A DNA stretch of 64,000 nucleotides from Camelus dromedarius (taxonomy: Eukaryota). Below the pieces are notes generated by a model. It did not search any database, had not been told where the DNA came from, and worked only from the letters and a program-made list of their open reading frames with translations. The stretch is from assembly GCF_036321535.1 (NCBI RefSeq), contig NC_087437.1, positions 3,348,001-3,412,000 of the forward strand. The letters run 5' to 3'. Each line of letters starts with the position of its first letter. Positions within the stretch are counted from its first letter, which is position 1. Of the stretch, positions 51,058-64,000 are shown piece after piece. Position numbers and translations under genes: made by a program.

Positions 51058-52199
51058 CTGCCCCATACAAGGACCCTTTAAAGATTATATTCTTGTTCTG
51101 TGGTGGCGATTGTTTTCCAGTGTAACTTCTCATAGATGGTGGGTTTGGGGGTTTCTCATTTTCCCTTTGTTTCTCTCAGTTTTGACGAGGAGACAGCTCT
51201 AGATAAAAATACACATAGTGAGTGAGCTATGGTGTGACTGTTGATTCTTTTGTCAGCATAGATTCTGTTAATTGTTTTCTGTTGGATTCTAGTGTTGCTT
51301 ATATAGCTTGCAGGGTTTTTTTTTGTTTTGTTTTTCTTTTTTTTTTTTTTAAAGGAAAGAAATCAGAATAGAATGAAACTAAGATAAACAGAAAGAAAAC
51401 TGTAAAAATGCATTCTGTGTTATTTGGGAGAAAAAGATGACACAGGCAGGGGGGATGCCCAGGGCACTTTCCTGCCAGGGTCTCGCTGAGCTTGAAATTC
51501 ATGACCGGCCAACACACCTGATGGAGTTTCTTGAAGCCCAGACTAAAATCAGAAAACAGCTCATTCAGCTCCTTAAGAGAGTTTTTCTTTCTGGATGAAG
51601 GATAAGCTAAAAATCCCTGAGTCTGGGCTAGTTAAAGCAACCTATATATTTTCAGGCATAGTCATAGTGCTTTAACGGCAATTTCTTGCATAATCTCACT
51701 GTTTCTGAAGTCTTTGGTGCCCTTTGGCCTCAAGATAAAGACAGGACTGACTTTGATCATGTTGTCCCTGGGGTAAAATGAAGGAAGGGGAGTTTCCTGG
51801 GTTCTTTCATTAACGTATCAACAAATTTGTACAGAAACCTGGTCCATCTGAGTGAATGGAAGCCAGGTAGCTTCTTACAGAAGCGAAGGCTCTCGGGGGC
51901 TGTGGCCAGAGGCGCACCCGTGTGAGAAGAGTGCTGCACACTCGGACCAGCCCACTGGGAGCTCGGGGAGGAGACAGGGCAGGAGCTGCCTTCAGGTGCA
52001 GGTGCCCCCAGCTCTGCACCTGTTGGGTGTGTTCATGTTTAGTAAGTCACTTCGTTTACTAGGTATTCAAAGCAGGAAATTTCTAAGCATACTAGTGGGA
52101 CAATTTTCAAAATGAGTAAATTGCAGAGGAAAATAGTCTCTGTCAGAAACAATCCCTCTTCATTCATTCGGTCATAGCATCCTATCGGAGGTGACCCCG

Positions 52200-52400
52200 G
52201 GAGGCTGGACGGAGGGCCCTGGTCCCCGGCAGCCCTGTGACCTAGGCGGCTTTCTCAGCCTCTCTGTTGCCTCATTGTCACCGTGGGACTGACCGCAGCA
52301 CCGGCCTCCGCCGCCCCAGAAAGACGGAGTGAGAAGACGGACAGATGACGCTTAGATCGGGGTGGGGACACACGGACTGCTCAGGAGGGTTGGCGCCAGT
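52200..52400 (+). mobile_element. MIR SINE, strongly GC/CpG-shifted
   Basis: CTGTGACCTAGGCGGCTTTCTCAGCCTCTCTG...CCTCATTGTCACCGTGGG...GTGAGAAGACGG...CGCTTAGA follows MIR core order. Confidence 0.6.
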
Positions 52401-55189
52401 CACCCCTGCTGACGTTACTGCTTTCTCATTTGTTTCAAGTTTTTAAAGGGAAAGTGTGTTTTCCTCATTAGGAAATACCTCTTTAAATGAATTAAAAACA
52501 TTAGGTCATTAGGAATTCAGTGGTGGTATCTTCTAATACATCAGGTTACTGCCTTTTACTTTAGGCTGTTTCGTGTAGCAAAGTAGGGGCTTTCCAAAGC
52601 ACAGTGGGTCGTTGTAATTACCTAGAATTTACAGTGTGACAAGGATGCCCTTGAAATAGCTTCCTGCCTCTCTGATGTGCTGGGTAGTTTTGTATTTTGG
52701 CTTTGCTGTGTTTCTCAGGAGGCAGTGTGACCTGGGTTGAAAGTGTGACCTGGTGCCTCCATGTACCAGGGGTTTGACCTTGGCCAAGGGGCCTAGTTTC
52801 TCCCAGTGGAGACTTCATTGTCTTTAACATAAAGGCATAGGACCAGATCTTTCCTAAGGTTCCTTTCAGTTCTGCAAATCTGTATCCAAAAAATAACCCT
52901 CCAATTTTCCAAGTGGCATGACTCACTTTCTCTGTATTGAAAGAGACACAGCAGTGCATCATAGCGCATGGCGGGCTTCTGAGCTGCAGCGAGAGATGAT
53001 GTGGCCAAGGACCTTCAGAAAATTTCTGTCTTTTCCTGGTACTGCAGAATTGGTTGTTTGAGTTTTCTTTTGGGGAATGGCAGACTGAACTCAGGACAGC
53101 AGCGTGGTGTCCTGGGTTTACTTAGGACAGCCAGAAGATGCCCTCTTCTCTACGAGGTCCCTGGCCCGGCACAGGCGGCTCCCTGTCCTGTTGAGTGAGC
53201 TGGATTTGACGGCAGAGCTCCAGGCAGTGCTCTGTGCTCTCGGCATCACTGTTGATGAGGGTGTTCCCAGATGCTGAGGGGCTTGTGGGCTTCAGACGGA
53301 AGCGGATACCTGCACTCCAGGCCACGCTGCTGCAGAGCCACCCCCGAGGGGGACACTGTGCAGAGACCACGCCACCTGTGAAGTCCTTGCTGGATCGTGG
53401 AGCACCTGGGAAGTTCCACCACGGCTCACCCGTGCACTCAGGAGCTGCTTCCCGTCACCCACCCCAGGCTCAGACAGCAGCGCTGAGTCAGGTGGCGATG
53501 GACTTCCGGCACTGCCAGGGGCCCGCAGGGGCGACGGAGGGACTTGGTGTGAGGACGTTGGAGGCCCCTCTGGGAGGACTCAGTGCACAGGGTCGAGGGC
53601 AGGCCTCCCCTCAGGGACGCTGTGTTCACCCCCGCGTCCAAGTGTGTCCAGAACCGGGTAGTCAGAGGCAGTTCCCACGAAGTGGGGAGCCGTGTGAAGG
53701 GTGTCTGCTGGTGGACGCGGAGGCGTCTGTCACATCTTAGCAGGGGATGGCGTCCACGCAGTGCTGGTCTCTGGAGCCGTGCGGTGCCCCGGGAACATCT
53801 GACGGCGCGTTCTCAGCCGCAGGTTCTTAGTCACACCTGTAAGCCCCTCCTCCCTGTCTTTATATAGCCTGTGTAAACCTTCAGAAACGCTTGCCCAAGT
53901 CTCAGTTTTTTATTGGAAACTAAACATTTTTGATAACATAGTCTAGCAACAGTGCCTTCTGGTGTTTATCCCTTGAGAGGTTTTGCTGTTGAATTATTGA
54001 ATTTATTTTTGTTTGTGTAATGCCTTGCCTGGAGTGAATCTACAGGTCCTGTTTCCTCGTGGTATGTGGTTATTGATGCTGCTGCTCAGTTTAAATATAT
54101 ATATTTTATATATAATTTACACTTTATATATATTAAGTATACTGAAAATAACTTTAGGCAGGCTTCCTAGGGTCACCCTGTGTCTGAGTAGCATATTGGT
54201 CAGCCAGCCAGTCACTACCTGCTACCCCTATGGCTGCCTCATTTCTTAGGTCTCCCTAATGAATTTCTCCCTAAAAAAACAAAAAACAGCCTTGCCCATT
54301 AGACAGCATTTGGGAACTGCAGGACAGAATGAAGGAAATAATCATCTGTCTCCCTAAGGCACAGCTGTACCCAGGACAGAACGACCTGAGTCCTCTAGGT
54401 TGGGTGCCGGGGTGGGACGGCGCCCAGTCCCTGTGCTTGGTGGACTTCAAGTCTAGTAAGGAAGTAAGTCTGAGAACACGGGCGACGGAGATTCCTAAGT
54501 TTAAATGGCATCTCTGAGACTTTTTGATGAAGTTTTAGTTTTAACAGTATAAATGCCCTAACTAAAATACATCTTTTATGTTTTCCTGATTTTCAGATAT
54601 ATTTCACTAAATGTGGAATTTCTAACATTGTGTTCTTCCTGCTTTGAATTGTCCTTTGATATTTTTTCCGCTACCACTAACTATAAACAGCAGAAAATGG
54701 GTGGGGAAGAGAAAGCACATATTACGTGTTTTGTATCATTTTTAGTGAAATGAAGGGTTTATATGATGTGACCCGTGAAAACGTCCTCTCTCAAACGTGC
54801 TTGGGTGCGCTCAGTATAGATTAGTTCCCTTCTTGCTCCTGCTGTGTGTTCTGTGGTTGGACCACAACAGAGAAACAGTGGGAGAGACACCTGCGCCCGC
54901 GTTCTGCGTCCTCCACGGTCTCAGTTCCGCCGGCCATCTGTCACATCACGTGTGCTGTTTATTGAAGAGGCCCCCATTGTGCACATAGAACATGATGTGT
55001 TCTAGAACTAGATGGAAAACAGCTGTAATTAGCCTAAAGATAATTAGCACTTCACTGTTAAAATGAAACACATTTTCTTTGACACTCACCTGGCCTGTTC
55101 TTCACGGCTCACACTCGGGCTCGCTTTCTTAAGTAGAGACGAAGCCATTGGAGACACACTTTTGCCAGAATGGCCAGTGTCAGAACGTG

Positions 55190-55945
55190 GTTTTGTTTTG
55201 TTTCAGTTTTCAGTTTTATTAGGTAGAATTGTTACAGTTTGACTGCACATACACAATATATTGCATGTAAATACATATAGACAATATACTGCACATATTT
55301 TTTAAAAATTTGCATATATGTACTGTTCATTGTTTCTAAGAACGTTTAGAGCTTTAGCTTTTTAAACTTACATAGTTATCAAAGGAGTAAAGCCAACCAC
55401 AAAATAAGAATTAATTAAAAAAGATACATACACCCTGCTATTGACAGCAACATTATTTATAATCGCCAAGACATGGCAGCATCGTAAATGCACATCAATA
55501 TATGAGTGGGTTAAGAAGGTGCAGCATATATATGTAATGGAACACAACTCACCATAAGAAAGAAGGGTATTTTGCCATTCACAACCCTTCATTCACTTTT
55601 TCTTTCCACTTCAAAAACCAGAATTTTATAACTGGCATAAACTTTTCCATTACATCTAAAACAACCTAGACATACCTAGAAATAAACTTAACCAAGGAGG
55701 TTACCTATGCTCTAAAAACTGTAAAACACTGATGAAGGAAATTGAAGATGTTACAAAGAAATGAAGAGAGATCTTGTGCTCTTGGATTGGAAAAATCAAC
55801 ATTATCAAAATGGCCACACTACCCAGAGCAACCCACAGATCCAGTGCAACCCCTGTCAAAATACTCACATTTTTCACAGAACCAGAGCAAGCAATTCCAA
55901 AATCTTTATGGGACCATAGAACACCTTGAATTGCCAAAGCAATCC
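55190..55945. mobile_element. Rearranged L1 fragments of mixed orientation
   Basis: T-rich minus-strand 3'-end-like piece (about 55190-55380), then plus-strand ORF2-end piece (about 55415-55585) and plus-strand mid-ORF2 piece (about 55645-55945; CTAGAAATAAACTTAACCAAGGAGG, TGGATTGGAAAAATCAACATTATCAAAATGGCC). Confidence 0.75.
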
Positions 55946-55949
55946 TTTG

Positions 55950-57875
55950 TAGGTCTTTTTTTTCCCCCTCTTTCTTCTTTTTGTTGTCTTGTCTTACGGT
56001 TTGATGACTAGAGAAGTTCCTTTAACATTTGTTGTAAAGCTGGTCTAGTGGTGCTGAAACCTTTTAGCTTTTATCTGTTATTTGATTTCTCCATCAAATC
56101 TGAACGAGAGCCTTGCTGGATAGAGTATTCTTGGTTGTAAGTTTTCCCCTTTCATCACTTTAAATATATCATGCCACTCCCTTCTGGCTTGGAGAGTTTC
56201 TGCTGAAAAATCACTGATAACCTTATGGGAGCTCCCTTATATGTTATTTGTTGCTTTTCTCTTGCTAATTTTAATATTTTTTCCTTATCCTTAATTTTTG
56301 TCAAATTGTGCCTTGGTATGTTCCTCTTTGGCTTGATGCTGTGTGGAACTCTCTGTACTTCCTTGACTTAGGTGACTGTTTCCTTTCCCAAATTGGGGAA
56401 TTTTTCAGTCATTATCTTTCCAAAAATTTCCTCAGGTCCTTTCTCTCTCTCCTCTCTTTTTGGGACCCCTATAAATGACTATTAGTGCATTCATGTTGTC
56501 CCAGAGTTCTCTTAAACTATCCTCGTTTTTTTCATTCTTTTTTCTTTTTTCTGTTCTGCAGTAGTGATTTCCACTAATCTGTCTTCTAGCTCATTGATCT
56601 GTTCTTCTGCCTCATTTAGTCTATTCTTGGTTCCTTCTAGTGTGTTACTCATTTCAGTGATTTTATTCAACTGTTTGGGTATTCTTTATATTTTCAAACT
56701 CTTTGCTAAAAACTTCACACTGTGCATCTATACTCCTCTTGAGTTCTCTGAACATATTGGCCATCATTACTTTAAACTCTTTCTCAGATAAACTGCCTGT
56801 CTCCTCATCACTTATTTCGTCTTTTGGGATTTTATCTTGTGCCTTGGCCTGGGAGATATTCCTCTGCCACCTCATATTGTCTATCTTTCTATTTGTATTT
56901 TTAGGTAGGTTAGTTATGTGTCTCGACCTTGGAGAGGTGGCTCTCTGTGGGAGACGTCCTGTGTGTCCCAGCAGCACACTCCTCTCTTGTCCCCGAGGGC
57001 CAGGTTCCAGCCAGTCCCAGTATAGAGTCTGGCCTGCGTTTGTGGATTCCTTCCACAGGCTTTGGCTTCTTATTTCTGTTATCTGCCCCTGGTGGATGTG
57101 GCTAGACTAGAGGCTTATGCAGGTGGAGCTGGTGCCTCCCCACTGCTGACTGAAGCTTGGTCCTGGTCTTCTGGTGGGTAGGGTTGTGTCTAGGGGTGTG
57201 TCTAGTGGCTCAGGAAGTCTGCTGATGGATGGGGCTAAATCTTGGTGCTGATGATGCAGTCAAGACTCCAGGAAAGCTCATGTAGATGAACACTCCCGGA
57301 ATGTCTGCCACCAGCTTTTATGTGCCCTGGGTGAGCTGCAGGCTTCCCCTACATTCCCAGGAAACCTTCCAAAACCAGCAGGCAGGCCTGACCCAGGTTC
57401 ATATGAAATCACTGCCTCTGCCCTTGGACCTAGCACACTTGAGATTCTATGTATGCGTCCCAAGAGAATGGAGTCTCTGTTTCCCCCAGTCCTGTGGGGC
57501 TCCTGGAGCCCTGCTGGCCTTCAAAACCTGATGTCCTGGGGTCTCCCTCTCTTCCCACTGCCAGAACCCTGGGCTGGGGAGCCTGGCGTGGGGGTCAGAA
57601 CTCTCATTCCTGTGGGAGGGCCTCTGCAACTTAATGTTTTTCAGCTGGTGGGTTTCCCACCCTGGGGGTATGGGGCCCGATTATATCGAGAGCACGCCCC
57701 TCCTACCATCCTGCTGTGGTGCCCTCTTTATGTTGCCAGTTGCAGAAGATCTTCTTTGCTAGGTTCCAGGCTTTTTTTCCGATGGTTGTTTAGCAGCCAG
57801 TTGTGCTTTCGTTGTAGTCACGAGGAGAGGGTAGCGCGTGGTCCTAGCATTCCACCAGCTTCCACGTGCTCGTTT
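55950..57875 (-). mobile_element. L1 5'UTR and disrupted ORF1
   Basis: Minus-strand ORF1 N-terminus MRWQRNISQAKAQDK...SEKEFKVMM starting at 56875, followed by stops. GC-richer 5'UTR-like sequence 56880-57875. Confidence 0.88.
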
Positions 57876-58221
57876 TAGATTCGATGTCTCCAGTCCCTTC
57901 CCTTTTTTCCTTTAAAGTGGTATTTGCCAAACAGTATCATAGGTTCAAAGGATTCACTTCTTTTTTATTTTTAAATTGCCAAGCATTTATTTTTCAAATA
58001 TATTCTAAAATTCAGTGTTAAGTGGAAATATTTGTTAAGTTTCTGAAGCAGAATTTCAGGAAAACATTTGATATTATGATGATAAATGGTTGCTCTTCTT
58101 AGATGTTAATCTTGCCAAGTTTATAGTGGCTTTTCAGTGAGTATATGTTAAGTGTCTGTTTTAGCTCTTTGATCAGGAATAAGCATTATTTTGAGTTTTT
58201 GAGGCTGAAAAGAATTACGTT

Positions 58222-58449
58222 CAGGCATGCCTCGGAGATACTGCAGTTTGGGTCCAGGCCACCTCAGTAAAGCGAGTCACACACATTGTTTGGTTCTCCA
58301 GTGCACATAGAAGTTACCTTTGCACCGTACTGTAGTCTCTTAGTGTTATGTCTAAAAACACCACATATGTACCTTAATTTAAAAATACTTCATGGCTGAA
58401 AAGTGCTGACCATTAGTATCTGTGGAGCACGGTGAGACCAGGCGTGCCG
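58222..58449 (-). mobile_element. Tigger1-derived MITE (TcMar)
   Basis: Begins CAGGCATGCCTCGGAGATACTGC, contains AAAGCGAGTCACAC and GTACCTTAATTTAAAAATACTT, ends in a degenerate TIR AGGCGTGCCG followed by TA. Confidence 0.8.
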
Positions 58450-59164
58450 TATACGCCATGATGTGTTCAGTTGACTAATGTGAGAAAGCTATACCTGAAT
58501 TATTCGTATACACATAACCTTTGACCTGTGATTTGATAATACTCGGCTGTTATATTCTATACGTACTTGTGTTTGTGTGGAATTCTTGATTTATCTAAAA
58601 CAAACTATCTTATTCATGTGGGCTTAACTTTCTGATAACTCTGTTAAATGCACAGCAAAGTCCTTGTGGAAATAACATAGTTTTTGTAATCTGTGGCGTG
58701 TGGTCCTGTTTGTAAGTGCCCTGAAATATGCTCTATTTAGTAGTAGCCAGCTATGCTATGTGTAGGGGATACTACTTCAAAACTGTGTTCACATGTTATC
58801 TATTAAAAGGTAAAAAGTGTTCATTGCATGCGTCTATAAAAATATACCTAGTAGAGTCTAAAATTCATTCTGGTCCTTTCATTGTGTCATTTGTCCTGAT
58901 CTATTTGACAGTCAGAGACAAGCCTTAATCATGCTTGAACTTTAGTATTGCTTCTACCTAACTGAAGAGCATTTCTCTAGTTAGCAGAGTTTGAAACTAG
59001 AATGGTTTTGTTAAAATTGAAATGTTAGAATTTTAAGAAATTGTTAGTCTCTTTTTTTATTTCTCTATTGGCTTCAGAGTCAGACCTTGAAACCAAGATC
59101 CATCTTCTAAAAGTCAAATTTCTGTAGTATTTAGGACAAGATTGCTGTTTTATTTCATGTTCTG

Positions 59165-59533
59165 TATACACTGCTGCCTAACACAGTCCCCTGAAACAAT
59201 GAACATGTCTCCCCTTGCTGCGGTCTGGGTGGGCACATGGTCCGTGCAGCTCAGCGGGGGCTGTGGGCCCAGGGGCTCAGCCCAGGCGGGTGTCAGGTCC
59301 ACAGCTGCTGGCCGGAGATGTGCTCCCACGGGACCGTCCATGCCCAGCTCGTGTCCAGCAGCAGCTTCCTTCAGGGCCTCGCAAGCAAGAGGGTGCAGAG
59401 ATGGAGCTGGTCCCTGGGACCGAGGCCACTTCTGTGGGGTTTATTCCCTGCTGGGTACACCCAGACTCTAGGGAGGTGATTGATCACACGGGGGCATGTG
59501 TGCCAGAGGTGGGCTCTCAGTGGCTCCTGCCAC
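59165..59533 (-). mobile_element. MaLR LTR remnant (MLT1), GC-shifted
   Basis: CTGCTGCCTAACA...AAACAAT...GCAGCTCAGC...GCAAGCAAGAG...CACACGGGGGCATG...CCAGAGGTGGG...CCTGCCAC follows the MLT1 layout. Confidence 0.5.
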
Positions 59534-59823
59534 GTCTCCTCTGAGTACCCTGAACTTCTGAAGGGACCCACTTCCCCTGCATTGTGTCCTAGGGTGATGG
59601 CACTCCCCCTGCTTAGCTCTCTGTTGTCCCACGATCGTGAACCAGTCATTTCACGTAGATGAGACTCCAGGAAGGTGCAGACCAGGGCAGAGGAGAGCGC
59701 ATGTTCATTTGCAGTTTCGCTCGAATGGCCTTTCCTTGTTGTTTAGATAAGGAGCTTTGTCAAGCTCTCAGGTACTGCCAGAGCGGGCAGTTGGGAATCT
59801 CTTACCCTGTGTTGATTATGTAA

Positions 59824-59967
<144 letters not shown>

Positions 59968-60499
59968 TGATCCTCCTTTACAGCCAAAGGTTCAGCCTCT
60001 GTGCGCAGAGGGCTTCAGTCTGTCCAGGGGACCGGGCTGTAATTTGAATGTGACCCCAGGTGAGTGCTGGCCTTACTTTGTCACATGGTGACGGCCTGGC
60101 TGGCCACAGCCAGGACCCTGGGGACTCTCCTGCCTGCTTCCTCGTTCCTGTCTCTGTCACCCCTCCCACACTCTCTAGCCAGCTGCAGGAAACAGGGTCA
60201 GAGTGCCCTCCCTGGTCCCTCACAGATGGATTTTGTCTGTACAAAGTACCAAGGGACCATAGGGAAGGGTTGCTAAGGACAGTATAATGATGCGAGGGAA
60301 AAGTAGTGGAGAAAAAGTGGAGACAGGCGGTGAAAGTGCAGGAAATAGAGGGGGAGTTGTGTGTTGCTGACCCAGTCCCCTGGACCTCTGGGACTGGTCT
60401 GACGCTGGTCCCAGAGGTACGGCGAAAAGGGCCTGCAGGAGCCTTACCCTTGAGACCATGAGAGATGCAAATTCAGTCTCTAAAGCTTGCAAATATATT

Positions 60500-61240
60500 C
60501 TCCCTCTTGTAAGAGAGATACAGATGAAAGCTACTCTTGAGCGAGTTTCTCACCCAGCGGATTGGGCTGGCAAGCTGCTCACTTTTTGCCACTCCATTGG
60601 CAGGAGTGTGGGGAAGCAGGCACCCTCACCCGTCCCTGGCGGGAGTGTAAAATAGTGTGTCCTCTGTGGAGGGAAACGTGGCAGGCACTATCTAGCAAGG
60701 CTGCACGTTTGCCTTTGACGCAGGAGTCCCACTTCTGGGGCTTGACCCTGTATGTGTTCTCCCAAAGGTATAAAGTACGTCTGCACAAAATTAGTCTTTG
60801 TAACTTTATTTGTCAGGAGACTAGGGAGACACGACAGCTAAGACCCCAGACTTGGAGAAACAGCTCGAAAGGACATTACAGTTGTCAGAATTCAAGTGTG
60901 GCTGGTAGATTAGCTAATGTGTTACATTTCCTGAGTTTCGTAACTGCTGTGCGTATGTCAGAGAGCGTCCTTGTTCTTAGGAGACACACTGAACTACTTG
61001 CAGGTAAAGGAGCATCGTGTCTGCTGCCATGTTGCAGGCGGGGCGGGGCGGGGGCTGGACAGCGCGGCAGCTGGAGGGGTGACCTCCAGCATGTATGGAA
61101 TTTGTTTTGGGTGGATGGAAATGTTTCAAAACTGATTATGATAATACACAACTCTGAATGTACTAAAAACATTAAACTGTATACTTTAAATGGCTGAAGT
61201 GTGGTATGTGAATTATATCTCATTACAACTGTTTAAAAAA
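60500..61240 (+). mobile_element. Ancient L1 (L1MC/ME-like) ORF2 end and 3'UTR remnants
   Basis: GATACAGATGAAAGCTACT, GGAGTGTAAAATAGTG, GATGGAAATGTTTCAAAACTGATT and GTATGTGAATTATATCTCA. Confidence 0.7.
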
Positions 61241-62214
61241 ATTAGGCCTATAGGAGAACCGAATCTTATGACTCGAGTTGGTTATTCTTCATGAAATACA
61301 CTGTTCTGTTTGTAAATGCTTCTTCCATTAGCTATTAAACGGCCTGAGTCAGGGTGTGGTTTTAACTAGTGTAAGTTTACTTGGGGAGGGCAGAGTCCTT
61401 TTTACTAAGGTCATGCTGAGCACGGTGCTTATCAGACTGTTTATAGAATAAGTAAGTGACAGTCTGTAATACTCAGAATTGGCTTTAAACTGTTGGCTGC
61501 AGAGTAACCAACTCTGCTGATAGGCTGAGCTGCTTCCGCTGGGAGTTTCACCTGTTGTGAGAACAGTGATGCAATTGTTTTTATTTCAAGAACTTGTATC
61601 ATGAGCAGCTTTCCACTGTGGATGTAATTCAGATTTGTTTTTCCAGATGTGGAATATGATCCACTGTCAAAGCTAAAATCAGACGATGTGCGGCTGTTTG
61701 ATTTACATGAGTTAGAGACGGCCAGGGCCGGCCAAGCAAGCCCGGAGCTCTGATGACTAACTGTCCTTTAATCATTCCGCGGGACGACAGAAACATCAAA
61801 AGCAGGGCTGGGAGGGTAGGACCGTTCCGGCAGCAGAGCTGTGGGTGTTCATGCAGGTTACTGAAAATAGGCCAGGCGGGCAGTCTTTTTCTTACAATGA
61901 TGGTGTGACTTGTTTGTATGTCCTTTGTTGTTTTTGTTTTTACTTCTTAAACCATGATTGGCTCAGTTACTCTCATGTTACTGAGTTTTTCTCTTAAATG
62001 TGTTCTTAGTCTGTATTTTTGTTGTTTTAATCTAGTTTAGAAATTCTCTAGGAGTCAGTTTGATTGAATCCACATTTAGTTTTTTACCGGGGCCTAGCAA
62101 AACATGGGGGAGAACATTTTAATGGCTTATATCTTACTTGCATGTTGGTTTCATGGGTACTCTTTGAAATTGAAGGTACTATGTAAAAAGTGCAAATGTG
62201 GTTCTCTCCTTTAG

Positions 62215-62292
62215 GATGTTGCCAGAGTCTGGCCTGGAGCTAAAATGCCGGGACCCCTGGGGAACATCGACAGGACAGCATTTGGACTGAGA
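62215..62292 (+). CDS. MRPL3: MRPL3 exon 8: [26 protein letters not shown]
   Basis: TTCTCTCCTTTAG acceptor, AGA|GTAAGT donor. 78 nt, phase 0-0. uL3 motif RVWPGxKMPG. Confidence 0.96.
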
Positions 62293-63547
62293 GTAAGTGT
62301 CTGCAGTGGCCCTTTTAGGGATGGTGACAGCAGTGCCCCAGGGCAGAGGCACGGGACTCCGTATTTTCTTTATGGGGTGGTCTTGGTCATGTGTGTTCAT
62401 TTAATTTCCAAGCCATTGAATATGCACGCATTAAAAAGGAAAATTAGTTGTCTGCTGTTTGATCTGGAAGGTTTCCATAGGGTGGTGTTGCACGAAAGAA
62501 AATTCTGAGCATTGCGTTCAGTAAGCGCTCTGACAGAGTAAACAGGAGCCCCACGTGTATGTGCCGCTGAGCCCCATATAAGCACAGAGACTGGACGGTT
62601 ACACACCAGAGTACTTTGAGTAAATGTCAAATGTGTGGGTGCATGTAGGAGACAGTTAAAACAGGGAAAGGTAGTACTAAAAAAAAGCATTATGGCATAT
62701 ACATCCATTTTTATAGAATGATTATGTGTTTAACTTGAGGAATATATGTGATATCTAAGTGAAAATGAGTTGAACCATAATAGGTGTCATATATTTTTAT
62801 GAAAACTCACGTGTACACATGTATGAAAAGCATACAAAGTTCAAAGAAGGAAATAAACCACTGGGAAGAGCGCCCCCTAGAGGGAACCACTGGTAAATGA
62901 CAGTTTGGTGCGTATTCTTCCAGCGTCTGTTCTAGGTGTGCTTTAGTTATAAATTTTGACCAGCATAAAGTTTTGTAAATTTTATATAGTGTGAGATTTT
63001 TTTCCCCTCTCCTATTGCTTTTATACTTGCCAGAGACACCTATTTGTGTCCGTGTGTGCACGTGTGTACAGGAGAGAGACTTCAGTCTCCAGAGGATTTA
63101 GTATTTAGCCATAATTACGTACGAGCTATGGGTCAGGCTTGATTCCCCCCCCCCCAAATGTTTTCTCCATGTGACGATCTGTTTGAAAACCATCTGCTCA
63201 GCACACTGTTTAAAAATTAGACCCAGAGACGTAGTGGCTTCCTAGTTCCTAGTTGCAGCAAGCTAGTATTGACTAATTAAAAATAAAAGTTTCCGCTTGT
63301 TAATCTTTCTGGCACCAGAATGTTGAGACATGAGTTTTCTGCCCTGTCCATGAGATGTCCCTGCTGTCCTTACAGCACACGTCGTCCGTGGGACCTGAGT
63401 TTTTTCAGTTCTCATTGAGCATTTTGAGTTGCTAACATGATTAGGACTTTACAGGCTACTTAGAGCCTAGGATTATGTTTGTTTTAATGTAATTATACTT
63501 TCAAACTTTTAACTCTTACTTAAAGTTTGATTTCATTTCTACTTTAG

Positions 63548-63760
<213 letters not shown>

Positions 63761-64000
63761 TGAGTGAAAAAAAACTGCGTGAAAAAAAACTGCACAAAAT
63801 AATCTTTAGTCTATGTCTCTAAAACTATGAACCTGCAAGAGGGGTCCGAGGACCAGTAAGCACAGAGCTCTTCATAAATACAGAAGGGATATTAGGAGAA
63901 GGAGTACAAGACACATAGGGCACCTTCCAAGGGCACCTTCCAGAATATCAGGATATCTCTGTCCTTCAAAAAAATAACTTTTTCAAGAGTACTTTGACAC

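Noticed and set aside
60562..61197. 211-aa ORF in MRPL3 intron 7
   Set aside because: Non-ATG start, lies in decayed ancient L1 sequence, and has no recognisable domain or splice support.

Overview
Mammalian nuclear DNA, almost certainly camelid (camel/alpaca/llama), judged from repeated tRNA-Ala-derived vic-1-type SINEs. The window holds two spliced + strand genes in tandem. The first is the last five coding exons, stop codon and 3'UTR of copine-4 (CPNE4, 1806-13292). The second is the CpG-island promoter and coding exons 1-9 of mitochondrial ribosomal protein L3 (MRPL3, 28295-63625; 894 nt = 298 codons in frame, terminal exon beyond the window). The rest is ordinary intronic/intergenic sequence with L1, L2, MIR, MaLR LTR, hAT/Tigger fossils and microsatellites. 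Almost all ORF-track entries are non-coding noise. I found no evidence of a new multi-gene system. The most notable observations are: unusual substitutions in the conserved uL3 core, patchy GC/CpG enrichment of ancient repeats (possible GC-biased gene conversion), an orphan promoter-like CpG island in MRPL3 intron 6, an L1 fragment at the predicted CPNE4 cleavage site, a triplicated target site, and a competing frameshifting donor plus G4/minisatellite after MRPL3 exon 1. Repeat family names and orthologue comparisons are from memory, and boundaries of old repeats are approximate.
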